In this document: positions 50,810-61,595 of the stretch, in pieces
Layout: the number at the start of each line of letters is the position of its first letter
Position numbering within the stretch: position 1 is the stretch's first letter
Source of the DNA: Bacteroidales bacterium
GTDB lineage: Bacteria; Bacteroidota; Bacteroidia; Bacteroidales; UBA1402
Assembly: GCA_017468435.1 (NCBI GenBank)
Contig: JAFUIP010000020.1
Location: 157-64,156, forward strand
DNA: 64,000 nucleotides
Reading direction: 5' to 3'
The notes under the pieces: generated by a model
Told to the model about the DNA's origin: nothing
The model's input: only the letters and a program-made list of their open reading frames with translations
The model's database searches: none
Program-made: the position numbers and the translations under genes

Positions 50810-52471
50810 TTACCATTCTGTAGGCACCGTCCAATTATCGGAACCACGCAACACATTTTCCATGCTGAAGGCAGCCGCCTTCTTTGCGTTCAACTTTTTC
50901 GACCATTTCACACGCTTGGACATATCGGCACCCGGGCCGCTACAGGCATATTCCGAATAGAAACAAGTCTTGTCCAAATGGTCTTTTCCCCAATCGTTCC
51001 AACCCTCGGGCACGATGGCAGCGGGCAATTCACAATACATGAAAACAGTCTGGGCATAAGGTCTCCAAGGACGACCCAAGAAGAGTTTATCCACGCCATC
51101 GGCCACCGTGATGCGACAATGATCGAAGACATAACCGAAAGGCTTTCCTTGAGGCGTTGAGGCTGCTGTAATGTAAGAGCCATTGCGCTTGGCATGAATT
51201 TCGCAGTTTTTGAAATAAGCCGTAGATGAACCGAAAATAAAATCTACCGTACCTTCTATATAGCAATCTTCGTAATATTGACGACTGTTCTTACCATAAT
51301 TATACATGGTATCCTGATTGCCCAAGAAACGACATTTACGGAAAGCAGCTCTGTCGCCTGCCACAAAGATGGCCACGGCTTGACCCACAGGGCCGGCAGA
51401 GTTTTCGAAGGTAATGTTTTCTGCATGGAAATCATGACCATACACGTAGAAGCTCGATGAACCGGATGTACCTTTATTTTCGCCGAAAACATTCTTTTTC
51501 TGAGCATAATCGTCGAAGGTCAAGATGGTCTTTTCCACATCTTCGCCAATGAAGGTAACGTTGATTTTGCTTTCGGGCAGGATGAGTTTTTCCTTGTAAA
51601 CTCCGTTGCGGATATACACGCGGGTACGAACATTCTTGCGGAAATCGGGAATGGCGTCTATGGCTTCCTGCACCGTGAAGAAATCGCCGGAACCGTCTTT
51701 GGCCACCACATAATCGTAACGACGGATGAAAGGAGTCAATTCTGGAATCTTCTGTTCCACTTCGTCAAGAATAAGGTTAGCCATCAGCTTGGCACCCAAA
51801 GCGCGCAAGTGTGTATCGTCTTCACGTCCGTTGGGCAAGGCCAAATTGGTATCTTTTTCCACCCACATATAAAGTTTCTTGGAATCTTCGGGTCCCATGG
51901 ATTCCACCAATTGCTTGCTCGAAATATTATGATCGATAAGCACCACATTCATTTCGGCAGCCACATCGCGAACCGCTTGCAGATAATCTCCGTGAGTCTC
52001 GATAAGTTTTCCGTTTTCGTCGAATTTACGACGCACCATAGAAGTGAGCAACACGGGGATACCGCCCTTTTCGCGGGTCTCGGTAACATAACGGCGCAAA
52101 TTCTCGTTGTAGGTCGTGCCGGGATCGGTATGACGGTCTTCCTTGGGTTTCTGGTCGTTATGACCGAACTGAATGAAAACATAATCGCCTTTTTGAATCT
52201 TGTCGTAAACGGGCTGCCAATGACCTTCGTCGCGGAAACTCTTGCTGCTGCGTCCGTTCAAAGCATGATTGTCAACCACCACGTAACGACTGTCCAGGTA
52301 AGAAGGCAAGGCTTGTCCCCAACCTCTTTCCAAGGCTCCTTTCTCCAAAGTCTTATTGGCACAGGTGGAATCGCCGATGGTAAAAATGGTAATTTTTTTG
52401 TTTTCTTGAGGCGTGAATGCCAGACAGCAAGTAGCAATCAAAGCAAGCGCCATACACTTCAATGTTCTCAT
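50810..52471 (-). CDS. Bifunctional pectin acetylesterase (CE12, SGNH) / pectin methylesterase (CE8)
   Basis: IGDST, GRSSKSF, QFGHND, DDTH (SGNH); VAKDGSGDF.TVQEAI, QAVA, GNQDT, GTVDFIFG, LGRPW (CE8). Confidence 0.92.
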   Translation of the reverse strand: MRTLKCMALALIATCCLAFTPQENKKITIFTIGDSTCANKTLEKGALERGWGQALPSYLDSRYVVVDNHALNGRSSKSFRDEGHWQPVYDKIQKGDYVFIQFGHNDQKPKEDRHTDPGTTYNENLRRYVTETREKGGIPVLLTSMVRRKFDENGKLIETHGDYLQAVRDVAAEMNVVLIDHNISSKQLVESMGPEDSKKLYMWVEKDTNLALPNGREDDTHLRALGAKLMANLILDEVEQKIPELTPFIRRYDYVVAKDGSGDFFTVQEAIDAIPDFRKNVRTRVYIRNGVYKEKLILPESKINVTFIGEDVEKTILTFDDYAQKKNVFGENKGTSGSSSFYVYGHDFHAENITFENSAGPVGQAVAIFVAGDRAAFRKCRFLGNQDTMYNYGKNSRQYYEDCYIEGTVDFIFGSSTAYFKNCEIHAKRNGSYITAASTPQGKPFGYVFDHCRITVADGVDKLFLGRPWRPYAQTVFMYCELPAAIVPEGWNDWGKDHLDKTCFYSEYACSGPGADMSKRVKWSKKLNAKKAAAFSMENVLRGSDNWTVPTEW

Positions 52472-52481
52472 ATCTATGGTT

Positions 52482-54383
52482 TTATTTGTTCAAAAATGGC
52501 AAATTACCGGTAAAATACAAAGCTGCGGCAAAACCGATCAAAAGGAAGAGGATGGCAAAAATCCAAATCCAAGCCACGCCTTTCTTTTTCTTTTTGGCAT
52601 AAGGATCTTGAGCCGCCATAATCATCACATTCGGATACTTTGCCAAGCTGGTGAGCGTTGCGCCGAAAGCCATGTTCACCAAAATTCTGGCATTGATGGC
52701 CCAGCCATTGGCATTGAGCACGGGACCCAAATCGCGTTTTTTCAACTTGCTCCAGGCAATAAACATGGAAGGTCCGGAAATGAGCAAGAAAATGGCGATG
52801 ATACCCAGAGGCATCAACCAACCCAAAGACAACAAACCTTGTGCAAACTGTGTTAGGAAACCACCTATGTAGCCGATAGCCATACCAATGGCAGCAAAAA
52901 TACCACAGAATTTAGCAATATCGAAAGCTTGAGCCGTATTGGCAGCAGGCGCTTTGGCATCGGCAGGTTTACCGGCGTTGGCCACCACTTTATCGGTGCC
53001 GGCCGTAAGGTCCTTGGTGATTTTAGATTCCTTGTCGGAAGCGGCCTTGTTGATTTTTTCGCTTATCCAGCGGCCCAATTTCTTATATGGCGACCAGAAA
53101 GCCTGAGCGATACTGATGGGATTGTCAATGATCTTGGTGATGACGGCATCCCAGTCCAAACCATTGCGATCGTAAAAAACAGCGTTCTTGCCCACGCGCA
53201 AACCATCCACGTCGCCATCGGTGAGGACGGCCACAATGTTGCGGGTCTGATTTTTCACCTTACTGGTGCAGGCGCAATACACCAAATACATACCGCTCAA
53301 TCCGGCCATGTCGCCATGCTTGCTCATATCGGTCACTTCAATACAGAGTTCGCAGCAACGCTGATCGATAAGCAATTTACCGGCCATGAAAACAGCCTGT
53401 TTAGCAACATCCTTGGTATAGAAATCGGACATGTTCACAAAGTTGCAGAGCAAACGATGGAAATCGCGATAGAGATGCAGGAAATTATCCCAAACATCGA
53501 TGGCAGCCTTCTTTTCGGCCAATGTTTTGTCTTGAATGGCAGCCACTTCCTTGGCTTGTGCTTCGACGGCAGCGGTATAAGCCGACAATTTTGCCACTAC
53601 GGCCAGCCATTGTTCCTGAGTAATGGCTTCAGCTTCGGGATAATCCACGGCCAACGCATTGGCTCTGATCACTTCGAAACTAGCGGCCAGAGCCGGATTG
53701 ATCACCTTGGTGAGCGGCAGAAGCAAATCCTTGTTGGGTTGAGCCAAGGGACACTGGGCAATCTCGGCCACGCAGGCTGACATATCTTTATCGGTGATGG
53801 CCGTGATTTTTGCCAAAGAAGTATCTACTGCGGCGGCACAATTCTCGTTGAATGCAATGAGCTGACAACGCATGAAGAAATCGGCCACTTTGGCCTTCAA
53901 AGCATCTACAGCTGCAATGACAGCAGCGGTATGATCACCATAGGGAGCCACGGGCGCTTGAGGCACTTCTTGAGCAGCCACTCCGGCAGCCACTCCGGCG
54001 TTCAGAGCAGCCACATCGGCCAAACTGAACTCTGTCTTTTCCAACAAATTGGCAGCAGCCACCAAAGCCTGAGATTCGGGCGCATCACTCAAAGCCGACA
54101 AAGAAAGATGGTCTTCCCTCTTGAGCAAATCGTCGGCATTTTTCAACACCTTGCACAAATACTGCGAAGTCTCGACAATCTCGTTCATACGGATTTTGCC
54201 GTCGTTATCCTTATCGACCAAAGCCAATGTCTTGGCATCGAATTCCAAAGCCTTGATAGGCATACTCAGCACCGTCCACAGTTTTCCATCCAACTCGGCC
54301 AGATGCTTGATATCTTCACCGCTGGCGATAGACACGCGCGCCACACCGCCAATAGAAGCAAATTTCCAATTATATTTCTCCAT
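52482..54383 (-). CDS. Uncharacterised membrane protein with EF-hand-like loop
   Basis: 633 aa; DKDNDGKIRMNE loop; about 3 C-terminal hydrophobic segments. Confidence 0.8.
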   Translation of the reverse strand: MEKYNWKFASIGGVARVSIASGEDIKHLAELDGKLWTVLSMPIKALEFDAKTLALVDKDNDGKIRMNEIVETSQYLCKVLKNADDLLKREDHLSLSALSDAPESQALVAAANLLEKTEFSLADVAALNAGVAAGVAAQEVPQAPVAPYGDHTAAVIAAVDALKAKVADFFMRCQLIAFNENCAAAVDTSLAKITAITDKDMSACVAEIAQCPLAQPNKDLLLPLTKVINPALAASFEVIRANALAVDYPEAEAITQEQWLAVVAKLSAYTAAVEAQAKEVAAIQDKTLAEKKAAIDVWDNFLHLYRDFHRLLCNFVNMSDFYTKDVAKQAVFMAGKLLIDQRCCELCIEVTDMSKHGDMAGLSGMYLVYCACTSKVKNQTRNIVAVLTDGDVDGLRVGKNAVFYDRNGLDWDAVITKIIDNPISIAQAFWSPYKKLGRWISEKINKAASDKESKITKDLTAGTDKVVANAGKPADAKAPAANTAQAFDIAKFCGIFAAIGMAIGYIGGFLTQFAQGLLSLGWLMPLGIIAIFLLISGPSMFIAWSKLKKRDLGPVLNANGWAINARILVNMAFGATLTSLAKYPNVMIMAAQDPYAKKKKKGVAWIWIFAILFLLIGFAAALYFTGNLPFLNK

Positions 54384-54432
54384 ACAATCTTATATATTAA
54401 TTAGTTTTCAAATAATTTCACAAATGTAATAA

Positions 54433-55899
54433 TTATACACTGATTCTCAAGCGGTCGGCATCCAATCTCAAGAAAATAAACAACAAGATGGTAAAACCGA
54501 GCAAAGAAGAACCACCGTAACTAAAGAACGGCAAAGGAATACCGATAACCGGCATAATGCCCAGAACCATGCCCAAATTGATGAGCACATGGAAAAAGAA
54601 AATACTCACCACGCAATAGCCATATACGCGCGAGAAACGATGCCGTTGACGCTCGGCCAGCAAGATGAGACGTATCATGAAATACACGTAGAGCACAATG
54701 AGAAGCGTGGAGCCAAGAAAGCCGAATTCCTCGCCTATGGTACAGAAAATGAAGTCTGTATCTTGCTCGGGAACATATTTCAATTTGGTTTGCGTGCCTT
54801 CCAGATAACCCTTGCCCAAAAATCCGCCGGAGCCAATGGAAATCTTCGCCTGATTGACATTATAACCCGCATTGTTAGGATCGTCTATCATTCCCAGAAA
54901 GACCTTGGTACGCATTTGCTGATGCGGCTGCAAGACTTTTTCGAAAAGGAAGTCGGTGGCGTAGAGAAAGGCGATGGCCATGACAATGGAAGCCACAAGG
55001 GCAAAAACGTTCTTCAGATTCTTTTTCAACGAAGCCCAGGTAATATAAATCAAGGAAAGCGCCAGGCTGCCCAACAAGACGTAAGCCAAATCGAACTGCC
55101 AGAAAAAGGCATTGCAAAGACAAGCCAAGAACAAGGGAATAAGCATTAGCGCCAACAGCACGCGTCGCATCATGGTTTCTCGTCGGTTGGCCAAAGAGAA
55201 CCACGACAACAACAAGACCTGTATAAAAAGCAAGGCCAAGAAGGTTCCGAGACTCGTAGCTTCCCAGAATACATTTTCACTGAAACGGATGGAGACAATA
55301 AAAATGAGAATGGCCGAGAAAGCAGCGCCAAGTATCCAAGGGGTCAGACCTTCGCGGAAAAGCACCAAAAAGAGAGCAAAATAAACCAAGGCAGATCCCA
55401 TTTCTTTTTGCATGATGATGAGCATCACCGGCACAAGGATAATGAAAAATGCCAAATAATCGCGACGGGAATGCTTCAGATCGAAGCCGTTTTTGGAAAT
55501 ATACCTGGCCAAGGCCAATGAGGTGGCAAACTTGGCAAACTCGGCCGGCTGCAAAGAGAATGGGCCTATAAACAACCAAGAACGGGAGCCCTTGACATCT
55601 TCCGCCACCACTATGGTAAACATCAATAGCAAGAGTATCAATACATAAGCCACATTCGCCACATCCTGATACCAACGGGAATCGAGCAAGAGAAGCACCA
55701 CGGCCATCACCATGGAAATGCAAATCCACAGAAATTGCTTGCCTGACACAAGGTCCATATTGAAAATGCTCAGGCTTTCTTCGTAGTTGTAACTGGCACT
55801 ATAAATGGTCATCCAGCCCCAGAACACCAGGACCAGATACAGAAGAATCATCTGATAATCGAGAGACTTCCAAAATAAATTATTTCTGTTCGGGCTCAA
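54433..55899 (-). CDS. rodA: Rod shape-determining protein RodA
   Basis: QPAEFAK, GYNVNQAKISIGSGG, PEQDTDFIF, GIPLPFFSYGGSS. Confidence 0.96.
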   Translation of the reverse strand: MSPNRNNLFWKSLDYQMILLYLVLVFWGWMTIYSASYNYEESLSIFNMDLVSGKQFLWICISMVMAVVLLLLDSRWYQDVANVAYVLILLLLMFTIVVAEDVKGSRSWLFIGPFSLQPAEFAKFATSLALARYISKNGFDLKHSRRDYLAFFIILVPVMLIIMQKEMGSALVYFALFLVLFREGLTPWILGAAFSAILIFIVSIRFSENVFWEATSLGTFLALLFIQVLLLSWFSLANRRETMMRRVLLALMLIPLFLACLCNAFFWQFDLAYVLLGSLALSLIYITWASLKKNLKNVFALVASIVMAIAFLYATDFLFEKVLQPHQQMRTKVFLGMIDDPNNAGYNVNQAKISIGSGGFLGKGYLEGTQTKLKYVPEQDTDFIFCTIGEEFGFLGSTLLIVLYVYFMIRLILLAERQRHRFSRVYGYCVVSIFFFHVLINLGMVLGIMPVIGIPLPFFSYGGSSLLGFTILLFIFLRLDADRLRISV

Positions 55900-57733
55900 C
55901 TTCCATCAAATTAGCATTCAACAATCTTGTTTCCATCCACTTTCGGTTGGGAGCGATATCGCCTTTCAGATACTGTTCAAGCAAAAGGCTGGCCATGGGA
56001 ACGGCCCAAGTGGCGCCGAAACCGCCGTTTTCTATAAAGACGAGCAGCGCTATCTGCGGGTTTTCCTTGGGCGCAAAACACATGAAAATAGAATGGTCCA
56101 CACCGGCGTTCTGAGCCGTGCCGGTTTTTCCACAGACTTCTATGCCGGGCACTGCCACCCCACGCGAAGTTCCGAAAGATTCCGTCACCGCTGCGCGCAT
56201 ACCATCCACAATGGGTTGGAAATGCACCGAATCCACGCTCACCCGGTGAGGCGTCGTGAAACGTGGGTCAAGAGATTCTCCCTCAATGGCTTTCACCATG
56301 TGGGGCGTATAATACCATCCGCGATTGGCAATGATGGCACAAAGATTCGCAATCTGCATGGGCGTGGCCAAAATTTCTCCTTGTCCTATGGAATTGGAAA
56401 TAATGGTAGCGCCCTTCCAGCCGCGTTTTCCGTAAAGTTTATCGTAAAAATTCTCGTCGGGAATGAAGCCCGATTGTTCGTAAGCAATGTCAACGCCTAA
56501 TTTTTCTCCGTAGCCGAAAGAACTCACATGATTGCGCCAAACCTGCATGGAAGCCTGAGAAGAACCATATTTTTCATCATCTACCATAGCTCGGTAAGCG
56601 GCCGCAAAATAAGCATTGCAGGAAGTGGCAATGGACGGAGCCAAAGCCATGGGTGACTCGTGCGAATGACAGCCCAATTTCATGCCGGCAAAGGAATAAC
56701 CCTGATGACAAGCATATTTTGTTTGCGGCGTAATGATACCTTCTTGCAAGAGCACAAGAGCCTGCAGGGTTTTGAAAGTGGAGCCCGGCGGATAAAACGA
56801 CTGTATGGGACGATTCAGGAAAACTTTGTATGGAGAATCGCTCAAAGCTCGGTAATGCTCGGAGCTGCCATTGCCAACCAACAAAGACGGGTCGTATGTG
56901 GGCGCCGACACGTAGCAGAGGATTTCCCCACTCGAAGGCTCAATGGCCACCACTGCACCGCGCTTGTTCTGCATCAGGCTTTCAGCGTAAGCCTGCAAAT
57001 CGGCATCCAACGAAAGCGTCAGATCTTTTCCGGGAACGGGCGGCACATCCTTGTTTCCGTTGGCAAAACGGCCTTTGATGCGACCATGCACATCGCGCAG
57101 ATAAAATTCTTTGCCCTTTTCGCCTCGCAACTTCTCTTCGTACATTCGTTCAATACCCGAACGCCCGCTGTAATCGCCCACCGCATAATAAGCATCGTTT
57201 TCCAAGTCGCGGCGGTTCACTTCGCCCACATAACCAAGCGCATGCGCCGCCACCGGACGGGAATAGGAACGCAATGAACGTTTTTGCAAAGAAAATCCCG
57301 GATAATTGAACAAATGCTCCTGCAAGGGCGCACAAGCCTCCATACTGAGTTGAGGCATAAAGACTTGCGGTGTATAAGACGAATAGCCCGGATTGATGCG
57401 TCGGTTGCGGATTTCCTTCATTCTTTTGTCGAAATCTTCTACATTGATGCCCAAATGCCGGCAGAAAGACAAGGTATCGAGATTCTTCATTTCGCGGGTG
57501 GTCACCATCAAATCGTAATAGACGGAATTATAGACCATCACTTCTCCGTTCCTATCGTAAAGAATGCCTCTTTCGGGATAAATGGTTTTGACATGCTGGG
57601 CGTTCCTGTCGGCCGAGCGTTCGTATTCGTCAGAGAACAACTGCAGATGCGCCAGGCGGACAATGTACGCCAAAGCGACCACAACCACCATGGCTATGAT
57701 GACGGTAGAACGGCTTGAATAATCTTTCGACAT
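55880..57733 (-). CDS. mrdA: Penicillin-binding protein 2
   Basis: RGILYDRNG, YPPGSTFK (SxxK), SCN, KTGTAQ. Confidence 0.96.
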   Translation of the reverse strand: MSKDYSSRSTVIIAMVVVVALAYIVRLAHLQLFSDEYERSADRNAQHVKTIYPERGILYDRNGEVMVYNSVYYDLMVTTREMKNLDTLSFCRHLGINVEDFDKRMKEIRNRRINPGYSSYTPQVFMPQLSMEACAPLQEHLFNYPGFSLQKRSLRSYSRPVAAHALGYVGEVNRRDLENDAYYAVGDYSGRSGIERMYEEKLRGEKGKEFYLRDVHGRIKGRFANGNKDVPPVPGKDLTLSLDADLQAYAESLMQNKRGAVVAIEPSSGEILCYVSAPTYDPSLLVGNGSSEHYRALSDSPYKVFLNRPIQSFYPPGSTFKTLQALVLLQEGIITPQTKYACHQGYSFAGMKLGCHSHESPMALAPSIATSCNAYFAAAYRAMVDDEKYGSSQASMQVWRNHVSSFGYGEKLGVDIAYEQSGFIPDENFYDKLYGKRGWKGATIISNSIGQGEILATPMQIANLCAIIANRGWYYTPHMVKAIEGESLDPRFTTPHRVSVDSVHFQPIVDGMRAAVTESFGTSRGVAVPGIEVCGKTGTAQNAGVDHSIFMCFAPKENPQIALLVFIENGGFGATWAVPMASLLLEQYLKGDIAPNRKWMETRLLNANLMEVEPEQK

Positions 57734-57736
57734 CTT

Positions 57737-58222
57737 TTATCGGAAACGTTCCAGGAAAAACAACAGAAGTAAACTTGCCAGCGTGCTGCCCAAAATGCGG
57801 AACAAAAGCGTCAAGAGGGAAAAGAAGCTGAAACTTTCGACCAAAAAGAAACAGCTATGATGAATCAGCACCATCAGGAAAGCATATTTCCAAAAAGAGA
57901 GGAAGCCCATGGATTTTTCAGAAGGTTCCACGATATCTTCTTTCACAGAGCACCAACGCAACAATGGCAAACGCAGATAAGCCACCAAAGTCAACGACAT
58001 GGTGTGCATACCGGGTGTATCCAAACAGAAATCCAAGATGAGTCCGCTGATGAATCCTATGAGCAGGTTTCTATATACCGACCAGTTGGCCGGCCAGGCA
58101 ATCACGGAAAAGAGATAAATGAAAGGCGTCAGCGACCAAAAATGCACAGGCTGCAAAACCATTACCTGCACAAAGAGCAGGAAGGCCAACAAGAGCAAAT
58201 GTTTCAATAAAGTATTTTTCAT
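57737..58222 (-). CDS. mreD: Rod shape-determining protein MreD
   Basis: Hydrophobic 161 aa, GLILD...TPGMH; between mreC and mrdA. Confidence 0.88.
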   Translation of the reverse strand: MKNTLLKHLLLLAFLLFVQVMVLQPVHFWSLTPFIYLFSVIAWPANWSVYRNLLIGFISGLILDFCLDTPGMHTMSLTLVAYLRLPLLRWCSVKEDIVEPSEKSMGFLSFWKYAFLMVLIHHSCFFLVESFSFFSLLTLLFRILGSTLASLLLLFFLERFR

Positions 58223-59046
58223 TGCATAGCCTCCTTCTCCAACAATTGCTGTTCTTCTTGATGTACCTTACGCAACAGACGTACATTGTCGAGTGTTTCG
58301 AAACGCGGAAACAAAGCCACTTCTGCCCTATAGAAACCTTCGGCGGGTTTCTTGAAGGTGCGAACAATGGTTCCGATGGGCAATCCTTCCGGGAAGGCTG
58401 AAGAGAATCCGCTGGTAACAATGGTGTCGCCCGCGGCCCACATCTGATAGTTCGGCAATTCCATCATGAGCGCCTTGTGCGTGTCGCCTCCTTCCCAAGT
58501 GAGAGAACCCACCACATCGCTGTGCTGCACCTTGCAACTGATGCGTGCCTGCACATTCAACACGGAGAGCACCACGCTGTAATGCGGAGAGCAAGCTTTC
58601 ACAATGCCCACCACGCCATCCGGAGAGACCACGCCCATACCCTTTTCCACGCCGTCTTCCTTACCCACATCCAAGGTGAAATAGTTCGACATCATGGAAA
58701 CACTGTTCTTGATGACACGGGCATGAATATACTCAAAATCCAAGGCAGGTTTCAAAGCCTGCTCTTGGATCTGATATGCTTGCAATGTTGCTTCGAGCGC
58801 AGCCACCCGCTTTTGCAAGTCGCTGTTTTGCTGCCACAAGACTTGGTTCTTTTCCCTCAGATTGAAATACGAACTTGTCTGATGACGCCAAGTGTACAGT
58901 TGTCCGCTTACGCGATTGGCCGAGGTGAATACCACGCTATGCTGAAAGTCGTTACCCTGCACCAGCAACACAAAGGCGAAGGCCTCCATCAGCAAGAATA
59001 GCACCACATGGCCGAAGCGAAGGAAAAACTGTATCAGAGAATGCAT
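58219..59046 (-). CDS. mreC: Rod shape-determining protein MreC
   Basis: TM + coiled coil; GMGVV...GVVGIV, GDTIVTSGFS..FPEG.PIG. Confidence 0.95.
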   Translation of the reverse strand: MHSLIQFFLRFGHVVLFLLMEAFAFVLLVQGNDFQHSVVFTSANRVSGQLYTWRHQTSSYFNLREKNQVLWQQNSDLQKRVAALEATLQAYQIQEQALKPALDFEYIHARVIKNSVSMMSNYFTLDVGKEDGVEKGMGVVSPDGVVGIVKACSPHYSVVLSVLNVQARISCKVQHSDVVGSLTWEGGDTHKALMMELPNYQMWAAGDTIVTSGFSSAFPEGLPIGTIVRTFKKPAEGFYRAEVALFPRFETLDNVRLLRKVHQEEQQLLEKEAMQ

Positions 59047-60065
59047 TATCGCAACAAGAAATTGAATTTATCTACATGATTCAAGGCCACCGATGTACCT
59101 CTTGCCACAGCATGCAAAGGATCTTCGGGCACGATGAAAGGAATCTTTATTTTGTCGGTCAGACGTTCAGCCAAACCACGCAACAAAGCACCGCCACCGG
59201 TCAGGTAGATACCGTTGCGAACAATGTCGGCATACAATTCAGGAGGCGTGTCTTCCAAAGCATTCAACACAGCCGTTTCCACCTTCGATACCGATTTTTC
59301 CAAACAATGCGAGATTTCCACATACGACACAGGCACTTCCATGGGCAAAGCCGTCATCTGGTTGGGGCCGTGCACAATGAAGTCTTCCGGAGGATTCTGC
59401 AATTCGGTCAAAGCCGAACCCACATTGATTTTAATGCGTTCTGCCGTTCTTTCACCAATGCGGATATTATGCTGACGACGCATATATTCCTGAATATCTG
59501 TAGTAAAATCGTCACCAGCCACACGAATGGACTGATTGGCCACGATACCGCCCAAAGAAATGACGGCAATTTCCGTGGTGCCACCACCTATATCCACAAT
59601 CATGTTGCCTTCGGGAGCTTCCACATCTATACCGATACCAATGGCAGCAGCCATGGGTTCGTAAATCAGATAGATATCGCGGGCACCCACGTGTTCGGCA
59701 GAGTCGCGCACGGCACGAATTTCCACTTCGGTAGAACCGGAAGGAATACAGATAACCATTCGCATCGTCGAGAAAAGACCACCGCTGCGGGGACTCACTT
59801 TCTTGATGAAACCGCGAATCATATGTTCGGCTGCGTCGAAGTCGGCAATCACACCGTCGCGCAAGGGGCGCACCGTCTTGATGTTAGGATTGACCTTTTC
59901 GTACATCAACTTGGCTTGCTGTCCCACGGCCAGAGGTTTGCCGGTTTTGGTCTCGAGTGCCACCACCGAAGGTTCGTCCACCAACACCTTGTCATTCATC
60001 AGAATAACGGTGTTGGCCGTACCGAGGTCCATCGCTATTTTTTGGGTAAAAGAGAAGAATCCCAT
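59046..60065 (-). CDS. mreB: Actin-like MreB
   Basis: DLGTANT, EPMAAAIG, DIGGGTTE, TGGGALL. Confidence 0.98.
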   Translation of the reverse strand: MGFFSFTQKIAMDLGTANTVILMNDKVLVDEPSVVALETKTGKPLAVGQQAKLMYEKVNPNIKTVRPLRDGVIADFDAAEHMIRGFIKKVSPRSGGLFSTMRMVICIPSGSTEVEIRAVRDSAEHVGARDIYLIYEPMAAAIGIGIDVEAPEGNMIVDIGGGTTEIAVISLGGIVANQSIRVAGDDFTTDIQEYMRRQHNIRIGERTAERIKINVGSALTELQNPPEDFIVHGPNQMTALPMEVPVSYVEISHCLEKSVSKVETAVLNALEDTPPELYADIVRNGIYLTGGGALLRGLAERLTDKIKIPFIVPEDPLHAVARGTSVALNHVDKFNFLLR

Positions 60066-60071
60066 GATGTC

Positions 60072-61595
60072 TTAGTGTTTGAAATGTCTGAAACCGGTTG
60101 TTACCATAGCCATGTCGTTGGCATTGCAGTATTCGATAGACAACTTGTCGTTGATGGAACCACCGGGATGGATCACAGCTTCCACACCTGCCTCATGTGC
60201 AATTTCCACACAGTCGGGGAAGGGGAAGAAAGCATCGGAAGCCATCACGGCACCATTCAAGTCGAAACCGAAAGACTTAGCCTTGTCGATAGCCTGACGC
60301 AGTGCATCCACGCGAGAAGTCTGGCCCACACCCGAAGCACAAAGTTGTTTATCCTTGGCCAAAACGATGGCATTAGACTTGTTGTGCTTTACAATGATGT
60401 TGGCAAACAACAAATCTTCCACCTGCTTGGCAGTGGCGATCTTTTCGGTAACGGGAGTCAATTCTTCGGGACATTCGGTATGCAGATCCTTGTCTTGTAC
60501 CAAAACACCGTTGAAGATAGAACGGAATTGCTTTTTGGCAGAAGATTTTTCTTTCTGGATAAGGATGATACGGTTTTTCTTCTGAGACAAAACAGCCAAA
60601 GCGTCGGCATCGTAATCGGGAGCAATGATTACTTCGAAGAAAAGTTTGTTGATTTCTTCGGCAGTAGCCAAATCCACAGGACGGTTGCAAGAGAAAACAC
60701 CACCGAAAGCAGACACGGGGTCACCGGCCAAAGCAGCAGTCCAAGCCTCGAGCAAAGTATCGCGAGAAGCCACGCCGCAAGCATTGTTGTGCTTGATGAT
60801 AACGAAAGTGGGCTCTTCGAATTCGTCGCTCAAAGAAACGGCGGCATCGATATCGAGCAAGTTGTTGTAAGAAATTTCCTTACCCTGCAATTGTTCGAAA
60901 ATTGCTGAGAAATCGCCATAGAAAGCGGCAGCCTGATGAGGATTTTCGCCATAACGCAAAGCGCGTGAATTATCTACGGCGCAACGGAAAGCAGAAGCTT
61001 CGTTATTGTCGAACCAATTGAAAATATGGCTGTCGTAGCCCGAAGAAACCTTGAAAGCTTCCTTGGCAAACCAACGACGTTCGGCCAAAGTGGTCTGAGC
61101 GCCCTTTTCTTTGAGAATATCGGCCAAAGCTGCATATTGAGCCTTGGAAGCCACAATCACCACGTCTTCGAAATTCTTGGCAGCGGCACGAATCAAAGAA
61201 ATACCGCCGATATCAATTTTTTCGATAATATCTTCGGCGCTGGCACCGCTAGCAACGGTAGCTTCGAAAGGATACAAATCCACAATCACCAAATCGATGG
61301 CGGGAATATCATATTGTTGGCAATGAGCCTGGTCCTGAGCTTCGGCACGACGATTCAAAATACCGCCGAACACCTTGGGATGCAAAGTCTTTACACGGCC
61401 ACCCAAAATTGAGGGATAACCCGTAAGATCTTCTACCTTTTCGCAAGGATAACCCAAAGATTCGATGAACTGTTGGGTACCACCTGTCGAGATAAACTCT
61501 ACACCTTCCTGGTGCAACATTTTCAGAATTTCGTCCAAGCCTTCCTTATGGAAAACAGAGACCAAAGCTTTGCTAATCTTCTTGTAATCTGACAT
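60072..61595 (-). CDS. purH: AICAR transformylase / IMP cyclohydrolase
   Basis: ISTGGT, GGRVKTLHP, IDIGG, LRYGENPHQ, KHNNACG, ASDAFFPF, RHFKH. Confidence 0.98.
   Translation of the reverse strand: MSDYKKISKALVSVFHKEGLDEILKMLHQEGVEFISTGGTQQFIESLGYPCEKVEDLTGYPSILGGRVKTLHPKVFGGILNRRAEAQDQAHCQQYDIPAIDLVIVDLYPFEATVASGASAEDIIEKIDIGGISLIRAAAKNFEDVVIVASKAQYAALADILKEKGAQTTLAERRWFAKEAFKVSSGYDSHIFNWFDNNEASAFRCAVDNSRALRYGENPHQAAAFYGDFSAIFEQLQGKEISYNNLLDIDAAVSLSDEFEEPTFVIIKHNNACGVASRDTLLEAWTAALAGDPVSAFGGVFSCNRPVDLATAEEINKLFFEVIIAPDYDADALAVLSQKKNRIILIQKEKSSAKKQFRSIFNGVLVQDKDLHTECPEELTPVTEKIATAKQVEDLLFANIIVKHNKSNAIVLAKDKQLCASGVGQTSRVDALRQAIDKAKSFGFDLNGAVMASDAFFPFPDCVEIAHEAGVEAVIHPGGSINDKLSIEYCNANDMAMVTTGFRHFKH

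Noticed and set aside
59076-60908. 610-aa plus-strand ORF spanning mreB and purH
   Set aside because: Antisense shadow of two conserved genes that share a frame; no motifs, composition typical of reverse-complement codons.
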